A stretch of DNA of 63,990 nucleotides, counting the filler, from Basidioascus undulatus (Eukaryota): the NCBI GenBank assembly GCA_000826855.1. It is 3 parts of 3 records of this genome, joined end to end, with 100 filler letters (N's around TTAATTAATTAA, not from the genome) between each part and the next. Parts side by side here need not be neighbours in the genome. Positions count along the whole stretch, not along the records: positions 1 to 21,476 come from JTLS01000330.1; positions 21,577 to 42,967 come from JTLS01000331.1; 1 more part is not named here. One strand, written 5' to 3'. A model generated the notes under the pieces. It did no database searches. It was not told the DNA's origin and saw only the letters and a program-made list of their open reading frames with translations. The first letter of the stretch is position 1; the number at the start of each line of letters is the position of its first letter. The position numbers and the translations under genes are program-made. Below are positions 11,304 through 23,524 of this stretch, piece by piece.

Positions 11304-12760
11304 TTACGCTGCCGAAGCTGGAGCACGCGGGCTTGCGTCCGCCGACACGGTCGACGCTGTGGCAGTCGCAGGCGTCGAAACGGACCGTAGCGACTGCGAT
11401 CGCCGCCCCGACAGTCGCCGCAGGGAGCGTGCAACCCTACCACATCCCCTGCGATCAGCCTTGCATTCTTGCCCTCAAATCTACCCCAGAATTCACGCAC
11501 CTGGGCGGCCAGAACAGCCTGCCCTCCCTGCTCCGCGGACGCAATCTGCGTCTGCCGTTCTCCGATCAGCGCGCTCAGCTGGTGGCTCGGCGCGGTGATA
11601 GCGCCCAGCATGGCCTGCACAGCGGCAGCGATGGACTGGATGCCTTGGGCGACGAGGGCTTGGTCTGTAGGGGAGGGGGACGCGTTCGCCTGTGGAGGAC
11701 GGCGTGAGGAAGAAGGGGTTCGGGACGAAGGGACTAAGGGAAGTGGAAAAGGAAGGGACCCACTTGGATGGAGGCGGCCATCGCAGAGAGGCCAGTCCGG
11801 GCCTGAGAGAAGCCGACGTCTGCCTGGGAAGTGAGGGTGGAGAGGTTGGGGTTGCTGCATGGCATACGTCCTTCAGCTCGTTACCATAGGGGAAAGGAGC
11901 GAAAGGTGGAAGCCCCGACTGCTTGACGCTGCGAGAGTCTTGACTAAGGAACCGAGGGTCATTCAGTAAGGGAAACAGATAAGTACCAGTGAAAGAAGGT
12001 ATCCCAGAAGAAGAACGCACTCTGCGTGCTCGCGTTGAAAGCGCCCTTCAGGCCTGCACGGTCTGCCCGCGCGCCACGTCGAGCGCGGGGTTTTCAGGCG
12101 GGGGTGTAGCGACTGGGGCTTGCCCGGGGACCGACGACTGCTGCCCAGGGATTTGCTGCCCGGGAATCTGCTGCTGGGGTATACCGACCCCGACGGCCCC
12201 GATGGGAGGGGCGGTGTTGGGCGGGAAGGTGTTGATGCCGTTGACGTTGATGCCGTTCACGCCAGCGCCGACGCCAGCGCCGATGGGGCTGATACCGATG
12301 GCATTGAGCACTCTGATCTGGTTTATTCCGGTCTGATCATTCCCAGGAAACGTCAAAGCGGGTAAGCGCTCGGTCGTGCGTTTTCCGGCTTAGGGCTAAG
12401 GGATCGTGAGACAACAGAAGGTGGAAGACCTGCCTGGCCGATGCCAAAACTTGATTCAAGCCGGCGACGCCGATGCCGCCCACTCCTCCAACCTGGTTCA
12501 CCCCCAGCCTGCTTATCCCAAGCCCCCCAGTCTGTCCCAGATCTACATCCAAGTCAGCCTGCGAGGCCCTCCCCGGTCGTCTGCATCCACGCACACACCT
12601 GCAGTCCCCCCACGCCCTGCTGCCCGATGGGGTGGATCCCCAGCTGACGGACTCCGCCGAGAGGTACAGTCCCGACCCTGCCGATCTGGGGCAGCGGTGC
12701 CGAGGCGGAGGACGTTGCGAGGGCCAAGAATAAGAGGATGAGCGAGAGGGAGGAACGCAT
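11304..12760 (-). CDS. Secreted G/I/V/Q/N-rich low-complexity protein with apparent frameshifts (pseudogene or assembly indels)
   Basis: Signal peptide MRSSLSLILLFLALATSSASAPLPQ, several canonical introns, a G/I/N/Q-rich middle, a helical Ala/Gln-rich part and a Ser/Thr/Ala tail. The frame breaks at ~12050 (CAG GCC TGA versus the expected ...LKGAFNASTQ) and near 11380. Confidence 0.6.
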
Positions 12761-14020
12761 TGCGGCGAGGAGATGAAGAGGGGTCGGCCAGCGACGGGAA
12801 TGTAGGTAGATCTGAAGAAGGGGTCTTTTTTCAGTCATTTGAGGTCTGGTGGTTAAACAGTGCACACGGCGCACAGGTAGGGAAGAAGGAAGCCTGTCGG
12901 AGGCTTGCAGTGAGGAAGATCAAGAAACTTCGTAGGGTTGAAAAAGCAGCCTGAGGGTAAGATGAGAGAGATCAAGCAATTCACATATCGCTTTTTCGTT
13001 GCCGACCGGAAAGCAGGGATTTGCATCGTCCGCGAGAAGGCAGTGCAATGCTGCCGAGATGTTGTGCGGCGGTTGCTATGGCGAAAGGCAGCGCTTGCGG
13101 TATCTGACTGTGAGAGGCTTGCTATTAGCAATGACTTCCCGGCAGCATCTGGATAAAACACAGTTACCGGTTCGCAGCATTGAGAATACCGCCCGCGAAA
13201 CGTTGCAGACGAGGAGCACGGCTTGCACTCAAGTCCTTGCAATAGCCGTCACTCTTCTTATCTCTGGGATGTATGTGGGTTATGGATTTTTTTCATGAAT
13301 TGGTCTTGCTGGTCCAAAATACAGCGGGTACGATGAGCTCGAATTTCTGCGTGATGTACTGACAGCGCGAGCGGACGCTGAAAACACCCACCATGGAGTC
13401 TTCGTGCCATTTCCTCTGATTCTGATAAACTGCTTATTTTTCTCCTTGGTTGGATTGTACTTGATGTGATTATGAATAACGTACGTGCCGGTGGGTTCTG
13501 CCTTCGCAGATACCGTGGGCTGCGGAAGGCCACTGAACACCTTGGAAAGTCCCGGGACCCGAGGGTGCTCAGCTGACGACATGGCTTCAAGCACGACTAC
13601 TGTTATCTCCATACAAATATTCTGAGATATGAATTCGTTTTGGGAGACAAGCAAAGCTGTTACAGCGGTATGCGAGAGCGTCTGATGGGCTGTCCCTCGA
13701 TACAGGGACAATGTGTCCTTGCAGGTCGCAGCGTCGAGCCCACCTGCACAGTGAATGTTTTGTTCCAAGAAGACCCAAATACTTTGGACCAAGGAAGAAG
13801 CAAATTTGAACGTACCAAAATCAGGTTTCAACAGTCCAAACGCAAGCGAAAGCGACGCAGTCTGTCCCAACGTCATTTGGGGTGGCCTTCATACTACAAC
13901 TATGTAATTTTGAGAATGTCGGCGTCCGGCGGAGCTCGCTTCGCTCCCTGCTCTTCTCGCTTCAACGACGATCCTTGAGCGTCTTCTTTTCCTTTTCCCC
14001 TCGCCGCCTCGCTCGCGCCT

Positions 14021-16549
14021 ATGTCCACCTCAAACATCCCCGGACCGCCGCCGCCCCCTCTGACCGAGCGCATAGCCGACTGGGCCGCGCGCCACAAGGC
14101 ACTCATCGCCGCCGTCTCGGCAGGCGCGATCGCAGGCGGCGCGGCGCTCTACCTCTACTCGGCCTCGCGCGACCACCCGAACGCGTCTTTGCCGGGGCCC
14201 GGGGGCGCCGTGGGCAAGGGAAAGGGAAAGGGAAAGAACAAGAAGAAGGGAAAGAAGGGCGGGGCGAAGCGGGTTGGCGACGATGATGGGCCGCTGTTGG
14301 AGGAGAGGAAGCCGAAGGAACAGGCTGGGAAGCCGGCGCCGGGCGGTGCGTCTCTCTCTTTTGGTGTCTCGGTGCGAGAGGAAACTGGAAGAAAGGGAGG
14401 GTTTCTAATGTGTTGAGTGTGCGGGCCAGCAGAGGCCGACTTCCAGCCGCCCAAAGACCTCTCCGCGTTGACTGCCGCCGAGCGGGATACGCTCGCGCAG
14501 CAGTACAAGAGCCAAGGTAACAAGGCGTACGCCGCCAAAAAGTGGGCCGAAGCCGCGGAGCTGTACACCAAGGCGATCGAGGCGAGCGTCAAGCCTGAAG
14601 CCGTCTTCTGGTCCAACCGCGCTGCCTGTGCGTGCCCCCATCTTCCTCCCCCTCCTTCTCTTCCCAGCGAGCTGACACTAGATGTGTGGGGGTGAATAGG
14701 CTACAACAACCTCAACGACTACCCTGCGGTCATCCGGGACTGCGACGAGGCGCTCGCGCTCGAGCCCGAGTACGTCAAGGCCCTCAACCGCCGCGCGCAG
14801 GCCAAGGAGCACCTCGACGACGAATTTGGTGCGCTCTGCGACTTCACGGCCGCGACGATCTTGGACAAGTTCCAGAATGACCAGGCGAGCAAGAGCGTGG
14901 AGCGCGTCCTCAAGACCATTTCTGAGAAGAAGGCGAGAGAGATCTTGGCTGTGCGTCCTTCCCCGACTTCCCTCTTCTTCCTCTCCATTAGGACCCACGA
15001 TTGACAACGTTGTGGTGGGTATTCCAGGCCCGCGAGCCCCGCCTCCCGCAGTCGAACTTCATCCAGGCGTACCTGAACGCCTTCCGCCCGCACACGCCGC
15101 CCGCGCTGCCTGGGAGCCCGACGCAAGGCGACCAGACGCTGCTGCTCGCGCTGTCCGCGCTCGACGCTGCGGACTATGCGCACGCGCTCAGCCTCACGCA
15201 CGAGGCGATCGCGCAGGGCTTCAGCTCGCCCGAGATCGAGGCGGAGGCGCTCAACCTGCGGGGGACGTTCTAGTGAGTTCGTCCTGTTTGGCGTTTGCAG
15301 TGGAGGGAAGGGTGCGGAAGGGAAGGAAAGGGGAGGCGAGGCGAGGCAAGGAAGGAAGGGATGAGGCAGAAACTGATGAGCCGATGGAAATGGAATGCAC
15401 AGCTTCTTGATCAACGACGCGCAAGCAGCGATCAAGGACCTCGAGCGCTCGGTCGAGCTCAAGCCCGACTTTGTGCAGAGCTGGGTGAAGGCTGCGTCGG
15501 TGTACATGGAGCTGGGTGCGTTTCGTTCTCCGTCCTCCCCACTTCCCCTACGATACCTTGCGAAGCAGAGCGACATTGCTGACGGTAGTTGGTATTGCTC
15601 ATTGAAACAGGCAACCCCCAAGCCGCCTTCTCCGCATTCGAGACCGCCATCGAGAAGAACCCGGCGGACCCTGACACGTACTATCACCGCGGCCAGGGTA
15701 TTCACTTCTCCCACCCTTTCTCTCAACCTCTGGGCTCGCGCGGTTGACAGCATGTTGTGGCATGGGCAGTCTTCTTCATCCTCTCCGACTTCGCCCGCGC
15801 GATCGAGAACTACGAGCGGTCCGCCGAGCTCGACCCTACGTTCATTTTCAGCCACATCCAGCTTGCCGTCGCGCAGTACAAGTCGGGCAACATCGCAAAG
15901 TCCATGTGCGTCCTGCTTTCCAGTTTCTTCATGCTCATCTTGATCTTGATTGACGTCGTGGGTGTGGGTGGGGTACAGGGTCGGCTTCCGGACGGCGCTG
16001 CGCACGTTCCCGGACCGCAGCGAGGTCTCAACGTACTATGGCGAGCTTCTCATGGACCAGGGCCGGTTCGAGGATGCTATCGAGAAGTTTGACCGGGCGA
16101 TTGAGCTGGATGCGAACCGGTGCGTTGGGTGTTTTCGTTTATTGCTCCATGCACCTCGGCGGCGAGAAGATCAATTACTAACCCCTCAATGGCTCCGGTG
16201 TCCCTACAGGAAGCCCCCTAACGTCCTCCCCATGATCAACAAGGCGCTCGCGATCTTCCAATGGAAGCAGGACCTGCCGCTCGCGGAGGAGCTCGTGCGC
16301 AAGGCGGTGTCGGTCGACCCGGAGAACGACGTCGCGGTGGGGACGCTCGCGCAGCTGTGTCTGCAGCAGGGCAAGATCGACGACGCGATCGACGCGTTCG
16401 CGCGCTCGGCCGAGGTCAGCCGGACCGAGCCCGAGCTCGTCAACGCCATCACGTACCAGCACGCGACGATGGCGCAGAGGGAGTTCATCAGCAAGTACCC
16501 GCAGGCGGCGCAGGCGCTGGGCCCGCTCGCGAGGCAGATGAGCGCGTGA
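14021..16549 (+). CDS. TOM70: Mitochondrial import receptor Tom70
   Basis: N-terminal anchor [20 protein letters not shown], a basic stretch, then TPRs: [24 protein letters not shown]...[69 protein letters not shown]. Confidence 0.96.
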
Positions 16550-16933
16550 GGCGGAGTGGGAGTCAGGAGGGACGAAGGCAGGGAGGTGATCATGCTGGGG
16601 GGTTGGAGGGCGGGAGACGATCTCATCTCCGTTTTCTTTTCTTTTCCACCTTTGCATTCTTTCTTTACTTGCTGCTGGATGATTGTAACGATAATCAAAA
16701 CCTGCATCACCTCTACTTCTGTTCTTTCCTTTGCTGTGTGGCACTGTGCGGATGCCGGATGACCCGCGGACAGGGGCTGGCCCACGGCTGGCCTCCGAAC
16801 CGCCACCGCCCAGCAGCTGCACCATCTTTGTCTAGCGTTCGCATTGATCGTCCATCTGCACGTCCGCGAATCTCTTTCCATCTTCTACACAGCAACCTAG
16901 ACGACGCCCAGACGACCCGACACCAGTGCCATC

Positions 16934-18625
16934 ATGTCGGCATTCACCGACGCCGACGCGACAGAGCTCGTCGAGACCTATGGCGCGTCCGCGATCCGAG
17001 GGGCCTGACCTCATTTGGGGTGATAGGCCGCTGGGCTGACTGGCTGGCTTGGGTGTCTGGTTGGATGGAATGAAAACAGACTTCTTGCTGAAATTTATTA
17101 TCATTGGTACGTCAGTGGCGGTGCAGGTATGGAAGATGCGGAGGAAGAAGGCTGACGGGCGGAAACAGGCGAGGCGGGGACGGGCAAGTCGTGCTTGTTG
17201 CATCATTTCGTGAACAATCAGTGTGCGTCTTCTCCTTCGTCATCCTCCTCATGCTCCCGTCTCACAACGGACATGCATCTCTCCAGTCAAAGAACGATCA
17301 ACAGTCTGTCTCCGTCTTCTCGCAGTCGTCGAAGGCAGAGGCAGGGGCGGAGCTGATAGGGGGCGATGGGCGGTGGGTGGAGCAGCATACGATCGGTGTC
17401 GAGTTCTCGTCGACACGGGTGAACATTGGGGATAAGAGCGTGAAGTTGCAGGTACGTTTCCTCTGCTTGGAGGTCTTGAGTGAAATGGCGCTGAACTGCC
17501 GGGCGCGTGAACAGCTGTGGGACACTGCCGGGCAGGAACGATTCCGGTGCGCTGTCTCATTGGGCATGTCAAGCTTGGCTTCCGGTGTTCTGATGAGGAG
17601 GAGGGATCTGCGCAGGAGTGTGACCCGATCTTATTATCGCGGCGCAGCGGGTGTCCTCCTCGTATTCGACCTGACATCGTCCGTCCACTCGCCTCCCCAG
17701 CCTCACGAGCTTTCCCTTGCTCTCCCCTGACCGCCGTCCGAATGGGAGGACAGACGAGATACGTTCAACAACCTCTCCCGATGGCTTACGGACGCCCGCG
17801 CGCTTGCCTCGCCGGACGTCGTGGTCGTGCTGGTGGGGAATAAGCTGGATCGAGAGGAGGACCGCGAGGTGGAGTACCTCGAGGCGAGCCGGTGGGCAGC
17901 AGAGAACGGTGCGTTGCGCGGTTGCCGAGAAGAAGGGTCCTGAACGGATTGGAGGATCTGATTTGGTATGGGGGCGTGGGTGTGTGGTACAGATGTCGTC
18001 TACGTCGAGACGTCGGGCATGTCAGGGGAGAACATCGAGACGCCTTTCCTCCTGGCAGCGAGGTCGATCTTGCTTAGCATCGAGAGCGGGCGATTAGATC
18101 CGGTGCGTTGGCAGGTTGATCTCGCCCAAGGAAAGGCCCGAGGCTGAAAATTGCCCTATTTCTCTGCCTATCACCTCAAATCGCACGCGCAACTCGATCT
18201 ATCCGCATACCCCTCCCATCTCTTTCCAACCGCCTCGACCAAATCTCGATATATATATTCCTCCCACTCAACCGTATTACATCTCTCCACACTGCAACGC
18301 CTCCATGTTCCCCATATTCACCACGACGTTCCTGCGCCCGCCTCCCTGGCCTCTGTCGCCCTGTCCCAACCCCTCCCAAACTCGACCCCGATCTCCGCCT
18401 CCTCGCTCGAACCCCGCCATATACCGCCGCCTTCCACCGACTTCCCCACGCGCTTCCACCTACCAGGAGAATCCCGGCTCGGGCGTGTCGTATGGCGATC
18501 GCGCCCTACGGCGCATCGGCAGCGTACGGTCTTTTGGCTGGGGGAGCAGCGCGTCGTCGTCCCGCCGGCGGGGGAGCGTGCGGCTTTCCACGCTGCTCGG
18601 CAAGGACAAGAAGCGGTGCTGTTAG
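16934..18625 (+). CDS. YPT4: Rab4/Ypt4-type small GTPase
   Basis: [68 protein letters not shown] and a C-terminal CC prenylation motif. Intron 1 (16983-17079) is GC-AG. Confidence 0.93.
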
Positions 18626-19488
18626 ACTCGCAGCTCCCCTTACTCCCTACTATCCCTCGTTCTTTCCCTTCCCTCCCTCACTGCGCTCCCTCCTTTCTTC
18701 GTCCCTCACCCCTTCCTTATCCACGCTCATATTATACACGACCTCCTACAACGCCCTCACGACTCAACGAACTTTACGACCCGCCATGCCCTTCCTCACG
18801 AGCCCCCGTCCCTCCTATTCCCCCTTCTCTTGCCTTGCCCACCCAGTGTCCCCACGCTACCTTACCGCCCCACCCACTAAACTAAGCGCCCTGTACTTTT
18901 TCCTCTTGCGCTTCCCACGCACTACCTTCTTCCTTCACTCTTACGCGCCCTGAGGGCTGCGCCGGGTCAGATATTACAGATCAGATCGTGTCGCTTATGT
19001 TTGTACTTGCACTTTTCGTTCGGGCTGTTTTACTTTGGTTGGTACCTTGCGTGTGCAGGCTTGCAAGCGTGCTTCGTGCGGGAGATGGCGGAGAGAAAGG
19101 AGAGAGGAGTGGTCGATGAACGTGTCAAACCGCCTTTCACGCCCCACGCCCTGCTTGGCCTCGGCTACCACGCGAAGCAGGAAGACGCCGGCGTACGAAA
19201 GGCAGTTCTGTCATGACTGATTTCCCCCCCTGCTGCGCAAGTCCAGAGGCAGTGAAGGTGGAACCTTCGACCCGTACCTCCGACATGCTGCGCCTCCACA
19301 TAATAATAGGGAATCTTCCATAAGCCTGGAAAAGCACCGCTGCTGCATGGATGTTGCTGAGGCCGCGACCATCATTGCTGGAGCGGGCATAGCAATCTTA
19401 CAGGACATGAGGTTGCGGGAAGGAATACTTGAGCATTTGTGAACATCCCTAATGCTGCATGCTGCCACCCCAACTAGATCCGGCTGAT

Positions 19489-21476
19489 TTAGCCACAGAT
19501 GTTCGGGTACTGGCGCTCGCCTGGGTTCTGAGGGATGAAACCCAGCTGCAGGCCGCGGCTGTAGCCCCACTGCGAAAGGAAGAGCAATGTGAGAATCTGA
19601 AGGAGAGTGGTATGCAAGACAGCATTCGAAGATTGACATCGGCGGCTCGTTCTTCCAAGTCCGGCTGCAAGGGGGAAGCACGTCAGCTCTGGGGAATGCG
19701 TAACAGTCTCGGTTGATGACCCACTAGAACCAGCCGCGCCCCTGGTCCCAGGTGCTTGTGTGGGCCTCGAAAACTGGTGCAAAGAAAGCCTTGTAGCTGT
19801 CGCTGAAGTTGTCCACGTTGCCGATCCAGGCACTGCAGGAGTCGATGTGGTAGGAGCCGCTGTACGAGCCGTCCTGTTGAAGCGACGCGTGTCAAAATAC
19901 TTACCGCCATGAAGCAGACTTGCAGGAACTCACCCAACGCGCGCCGATGCCGCGGCCGTTGAGGTACCTCGCACAGTCTGTCTTAGCCAGAGTGAACTGC
20001 ATAGAAAAGATGGTGCTGGTGCCATCAAGACTCAGGCAGAGCCCCGAATTTCTGGGGGAAAAAAAGACGCACCTCGCCAACGACGACCCATTGTTGGTTG
20101 TTGGAGTGCCACGCGATGTCTTCCGCTTCCGAACAGTGACTGAGTGGCACACACGTGAGATACCCTTTACCTCAGTGTTGGAGATTAACTCACCTGGAAG
20201 TGCTCCTGGTCCGAGCGGTCGAGCTCCGGCGAAGAAAATACTTGGTAGCGGTACGCGTCGAGGTAGACGTTCTCGTACTGCGGCGCGGTCATGAAGCCGT
20301 TGAAGCTGCTGACCGGCTCGAACAAATCGGCAATGACAACTCTAAACCGGCCGCCAATCACCTGTCCATGAGAGCGGTGCATTCATCACCAAGCACAGCT
20401 CAGACAATGTTTGGCGCTCACGTTGTAGCCGTTCTGATAGTAATCCCGGGTGACAGGGTTGCTGGGGGTTCAGAAACCCTGCAGGCTCATCACAAGCTCG
20501 ATAGCTGTGAGGGAGCGCGAAGTCAGCATGTCTAGGTAGACGCATCGACATATACTCGACAGCCCCACCGTAAACCGGCTGACGAAGGGGTGTTATTCAG
20601 CAAACTTTGGATTGGAGCAAAATGATTCATGTTAGAAAACTCGTTGTCCAAGATGTTGATGTAGTTATAAGACCGCTCGATGTTGGATTGTTGCTGGAAC
20701 CAGTTCGCGTCCTGCAGCCAGTCCGGCCGAGGTTTCAGCACATTGCCTGAGCATGAGGTCTGCGAAGAAGCCCCAGCTTACGCCACGACGTCCACTAAAC
20801 GGGGGTTGTATTCAGCTAGTTTGCAATGGAAGTTTGACACAAAGACACCCACCTGTTGTCAAAGCCGTTTTGCGAACCCGGAACGCCATGAAGGTCAACC
20901 CAAACTTTGAGGCCAACCTGGAAGATACACGCTCAATGCTAGTTGCTAGACTTTTTTTCAGAAAAGGAAAGGCCAACGTTAAATCCCGAGCCCAATCAAC
21001 CGCGTCCTTCAAATTGGCGCCGATGTAAGGGGTACCGTCGGACGTGTTCAGTCCCCCTGTACGAGCAACATCCTCAGATAAGGCAATGATCAAGCCCTAT
21101 GAATTCCTTGGACCCACAGTACGGGAAGGGAACTATTGAAAACCAGGTTAAAGTTTACGTGCAACGAGAAGGCAAGAACGGTCCCACCTGCTTACCGTGG
21201 ACGTGAGTGAGGCCCACGGCCTTGATAGCGTAAAAGTCACCGATGCTGTAGACTGCACCACAAACGAGTCCGATAAGAATAGTTTTGGTAGCGAGCAGGG
21301 GTCAGCTTACATGAGCGAAGGTGGTTATTGATCGCAACCTGAAGCGGTGCCGGTTGTCAGCGTTGCCTTCAGAAAGTCAACGTAGATGCACCTCGGCAGT
21401 AGCGTGATCCTGATACTGACCGAACGTCCACTCGTCGACAATCGCGTCGTTTCCAGTCGCGTCGAAAATCTGAGGG
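19489..21476 (-). pseudogene. GH5 (subfamily 9-like) exo-beta-1,3-glucanase, disrupted; 5' end lost in the gap
   Basis: [35 protein letters not shown](N)EPAGF, ENVYLDAYRYQVF, VVVGE...TDCARYLNGRGIGARW, GFIPQNPGERQYPNICG*. There is a frameshift inside the NEP motif (~20490), a dead donor ATGAAT (20625-20630) and further indels/stop near 19725. Confidence 0.85.
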
Positions 21477-21576
21477 NNNNNNNNNNNNNNNNNNNNNNNN
21501 NNNNNNNNNNNNNNNNNNNNTTAATTAATTAANNNNNNNNNNNNNNNNNNNNNNNNNNNNNNNNNNNNNNNNNNNN
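21477..21576. other. Artificial contig spacer N44-TTAATTAATTAA-N44
   Basis: Exactly 100 nt, with a central 12-mer giving stops in all six frames. Identical to the second spacer. Confidence 0.97.
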
Positions 21577-22665
21577 CGACCTCGACGGCTCGTACGCAAG
21601 CAGTGCAGCTAGTGAGGAGAGCTCTGCCTCGCTCAGGGACACTCCGTAGTAGGTACTCAGATACTGCAGGGCAAGTCGAAAAAAATAACCAGTAGATTCT
21701 GACTACTTCACGTGGATAAAGGAACACGGCGGGGAGAGTCAGGAAGGGGGAGAGCTCTGGCTTTCCGAGAGGTACGCCGTGGTCGATTCGAGACTTCGAC
21801 AGAGTGAACGTGAAGGGCGAGCTGATGCGATCGAAGTGCGCAGGAGATGGGGTGGGCAGTGGGTAGAAATGAGGAAACAACGGCGAGACGAGCATGTACT
21901 GATGATCGCACGCGAAGGTTAGCAAGCGCCCGAAATGCGTCGCAGATGGTTCTGACCTACCGGCTCGAGCTTGCCCTCCTTCCACAGCGTCTGCCACGAG
22001 GATCCTACGGGCGGGGCAGGTACAGGTCGTCGTCGACGCCGAGCATGTTGAGCGCGTCCCAGCTGTTGTCGCCCTGCAGTTCAGCATCAGTCCACCGATC
22101 GAAAGTTTCCGCCGATAACGCTCACATCAAGATTCGAGGGATCCCCTTCCGCATGATTTTCTGCATCGGAACCGTGTTGTCGCGGCGGGCTTCTATGAGT
22201 TGAAACAGCAGGTCCATGCAGACGCCGCACGGAGATGACAGCATGGGGATGCGCGTTCTTAGAAGGTGAGAGACGGAATGGATGGAAGAAGACGCTGTCA
22301 TCGATAGGTTCGTAGCATATGATTTCTCTGGGCGCCGTGCCGTCTCCGCCGTCCTCCGTATCATCGTAGAAGGCGAGCGCGTCCGCTGCCTTCTTGTCAC
22401 CGAGCAGGAGGGTTAGACGAGCGCTGTTGGCGTTCACGAGTCTCTGCGGCCCCTCGGAGGACGTCGCCTGAGGCAATCCGGTAAGCCCCTCAAACCAGTC
22501 CTGCGATTCCTGGTCTTTGAGCACTTTCAGAACGCGGACGTGACCAAGCGGTGCGAGAGCGTCGCGGCGGAAGAGGTCGAGCGCTCGGGCTGCGGCTGCT
22601 TCCCTCAAGCGCGGCGGAAAGTCAGGGACACAGCTGGGAAGGCCACAGATGGAGCAAAATAGCAT
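21577..22665 (-). pseudogene. Fungal F-box family gene (CxICG N-terminus), frameshifted, 3' end in the gap
   Basis: MLFCSICGLP... with frame changes, then AHFDRISSPFTFTLSK...GKPELSPFLTLPAV, a candidate F-box start. Homologous to 38391-39060. Confidence 0.55.
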
Positions 22666-23524
22666 AGGCTTCGACGGGCCTGCCTGAGCGTCGTCGGCCT
22701 CGGAAGCTTCGAGGTCTCCTTGATGAGCCGATCGAGGGACGTCAAATCAAGCTGGTCTGTCAACATGGCGATGCCGAGCACGATACGTCAAGAGGCAGTA
22801 GTGGATAGATGTTCTGGTTTGGAAATCGGATGCGGTTGGGAGTCGAGAGCAGCTAGGGATGCGGCGGGGATGATGGTGGAATGAGGACAAGAAAACGCGG
22901 ACGGCGGTTTCCGAGAACGCCGCGGTGAGAAGGCTGTACACTTTGAGTACCGATTGGCCTTATGCCCTTTGCAGGTTCGGTCGACAGCCTGAAATCAAGG
23001 TGAATTGCAGAGCTGTGCGGCAATGAACACCCTGGGGTCTGGAGCTCGTCACGGTCGTGGTGTGTCTACGTACAGCTCGTTTAAGGCAATTGCTGATGAT
23101 CTACCGGCAGTCTCTACCGGTATCTTGACGAGGTCTCGGAACCACTGTCAAACACATGCCAACACTGAAAACGTTGAGGGTTCGCCGTACGGAGTTACCC
23201 AGTTCGTCATGCGAATCGCCAAGGGGCACCGCCGCTGTGCCGACCCGGCTGCAGCGTTCGGCGCAAGTACCAAGAGGACAAGCATACCTGCTCAAGTACT
23301 ACAAGTTATAGGGATCGGCCAAGGCGGGTAGCATGGTTTTCAGCTGCGCCAGGGAAACTGCCGACCGAGCGCCCCAGCCTCCATCGCACGCTCTCCGCCG
23401 CCCGAGCCCATCGCACGCACATCAAGCATTACCGCAAGCTGTTGATGCAATGCGAGAACATCCTCCCCACCCCTGACATCCCCAGCGTCCCTCTATCATT
23501 CTCCTCTGCAACCATCCATCCAAT

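Noticed and set aside
13280..13876. 198-aa ORF upstream of TOM70
   Set aside because: No ATG at the annotated start, no recognisable domain and no host-like codon bias.
21477..21576. TTAATTAATTAA palindrome flanked by Ns (again at 42968-43067)
   Set aside because: Artificial six-frame-stop spacer added during contig concatenation. It is not biological, and linkage across it cannot be assumed.
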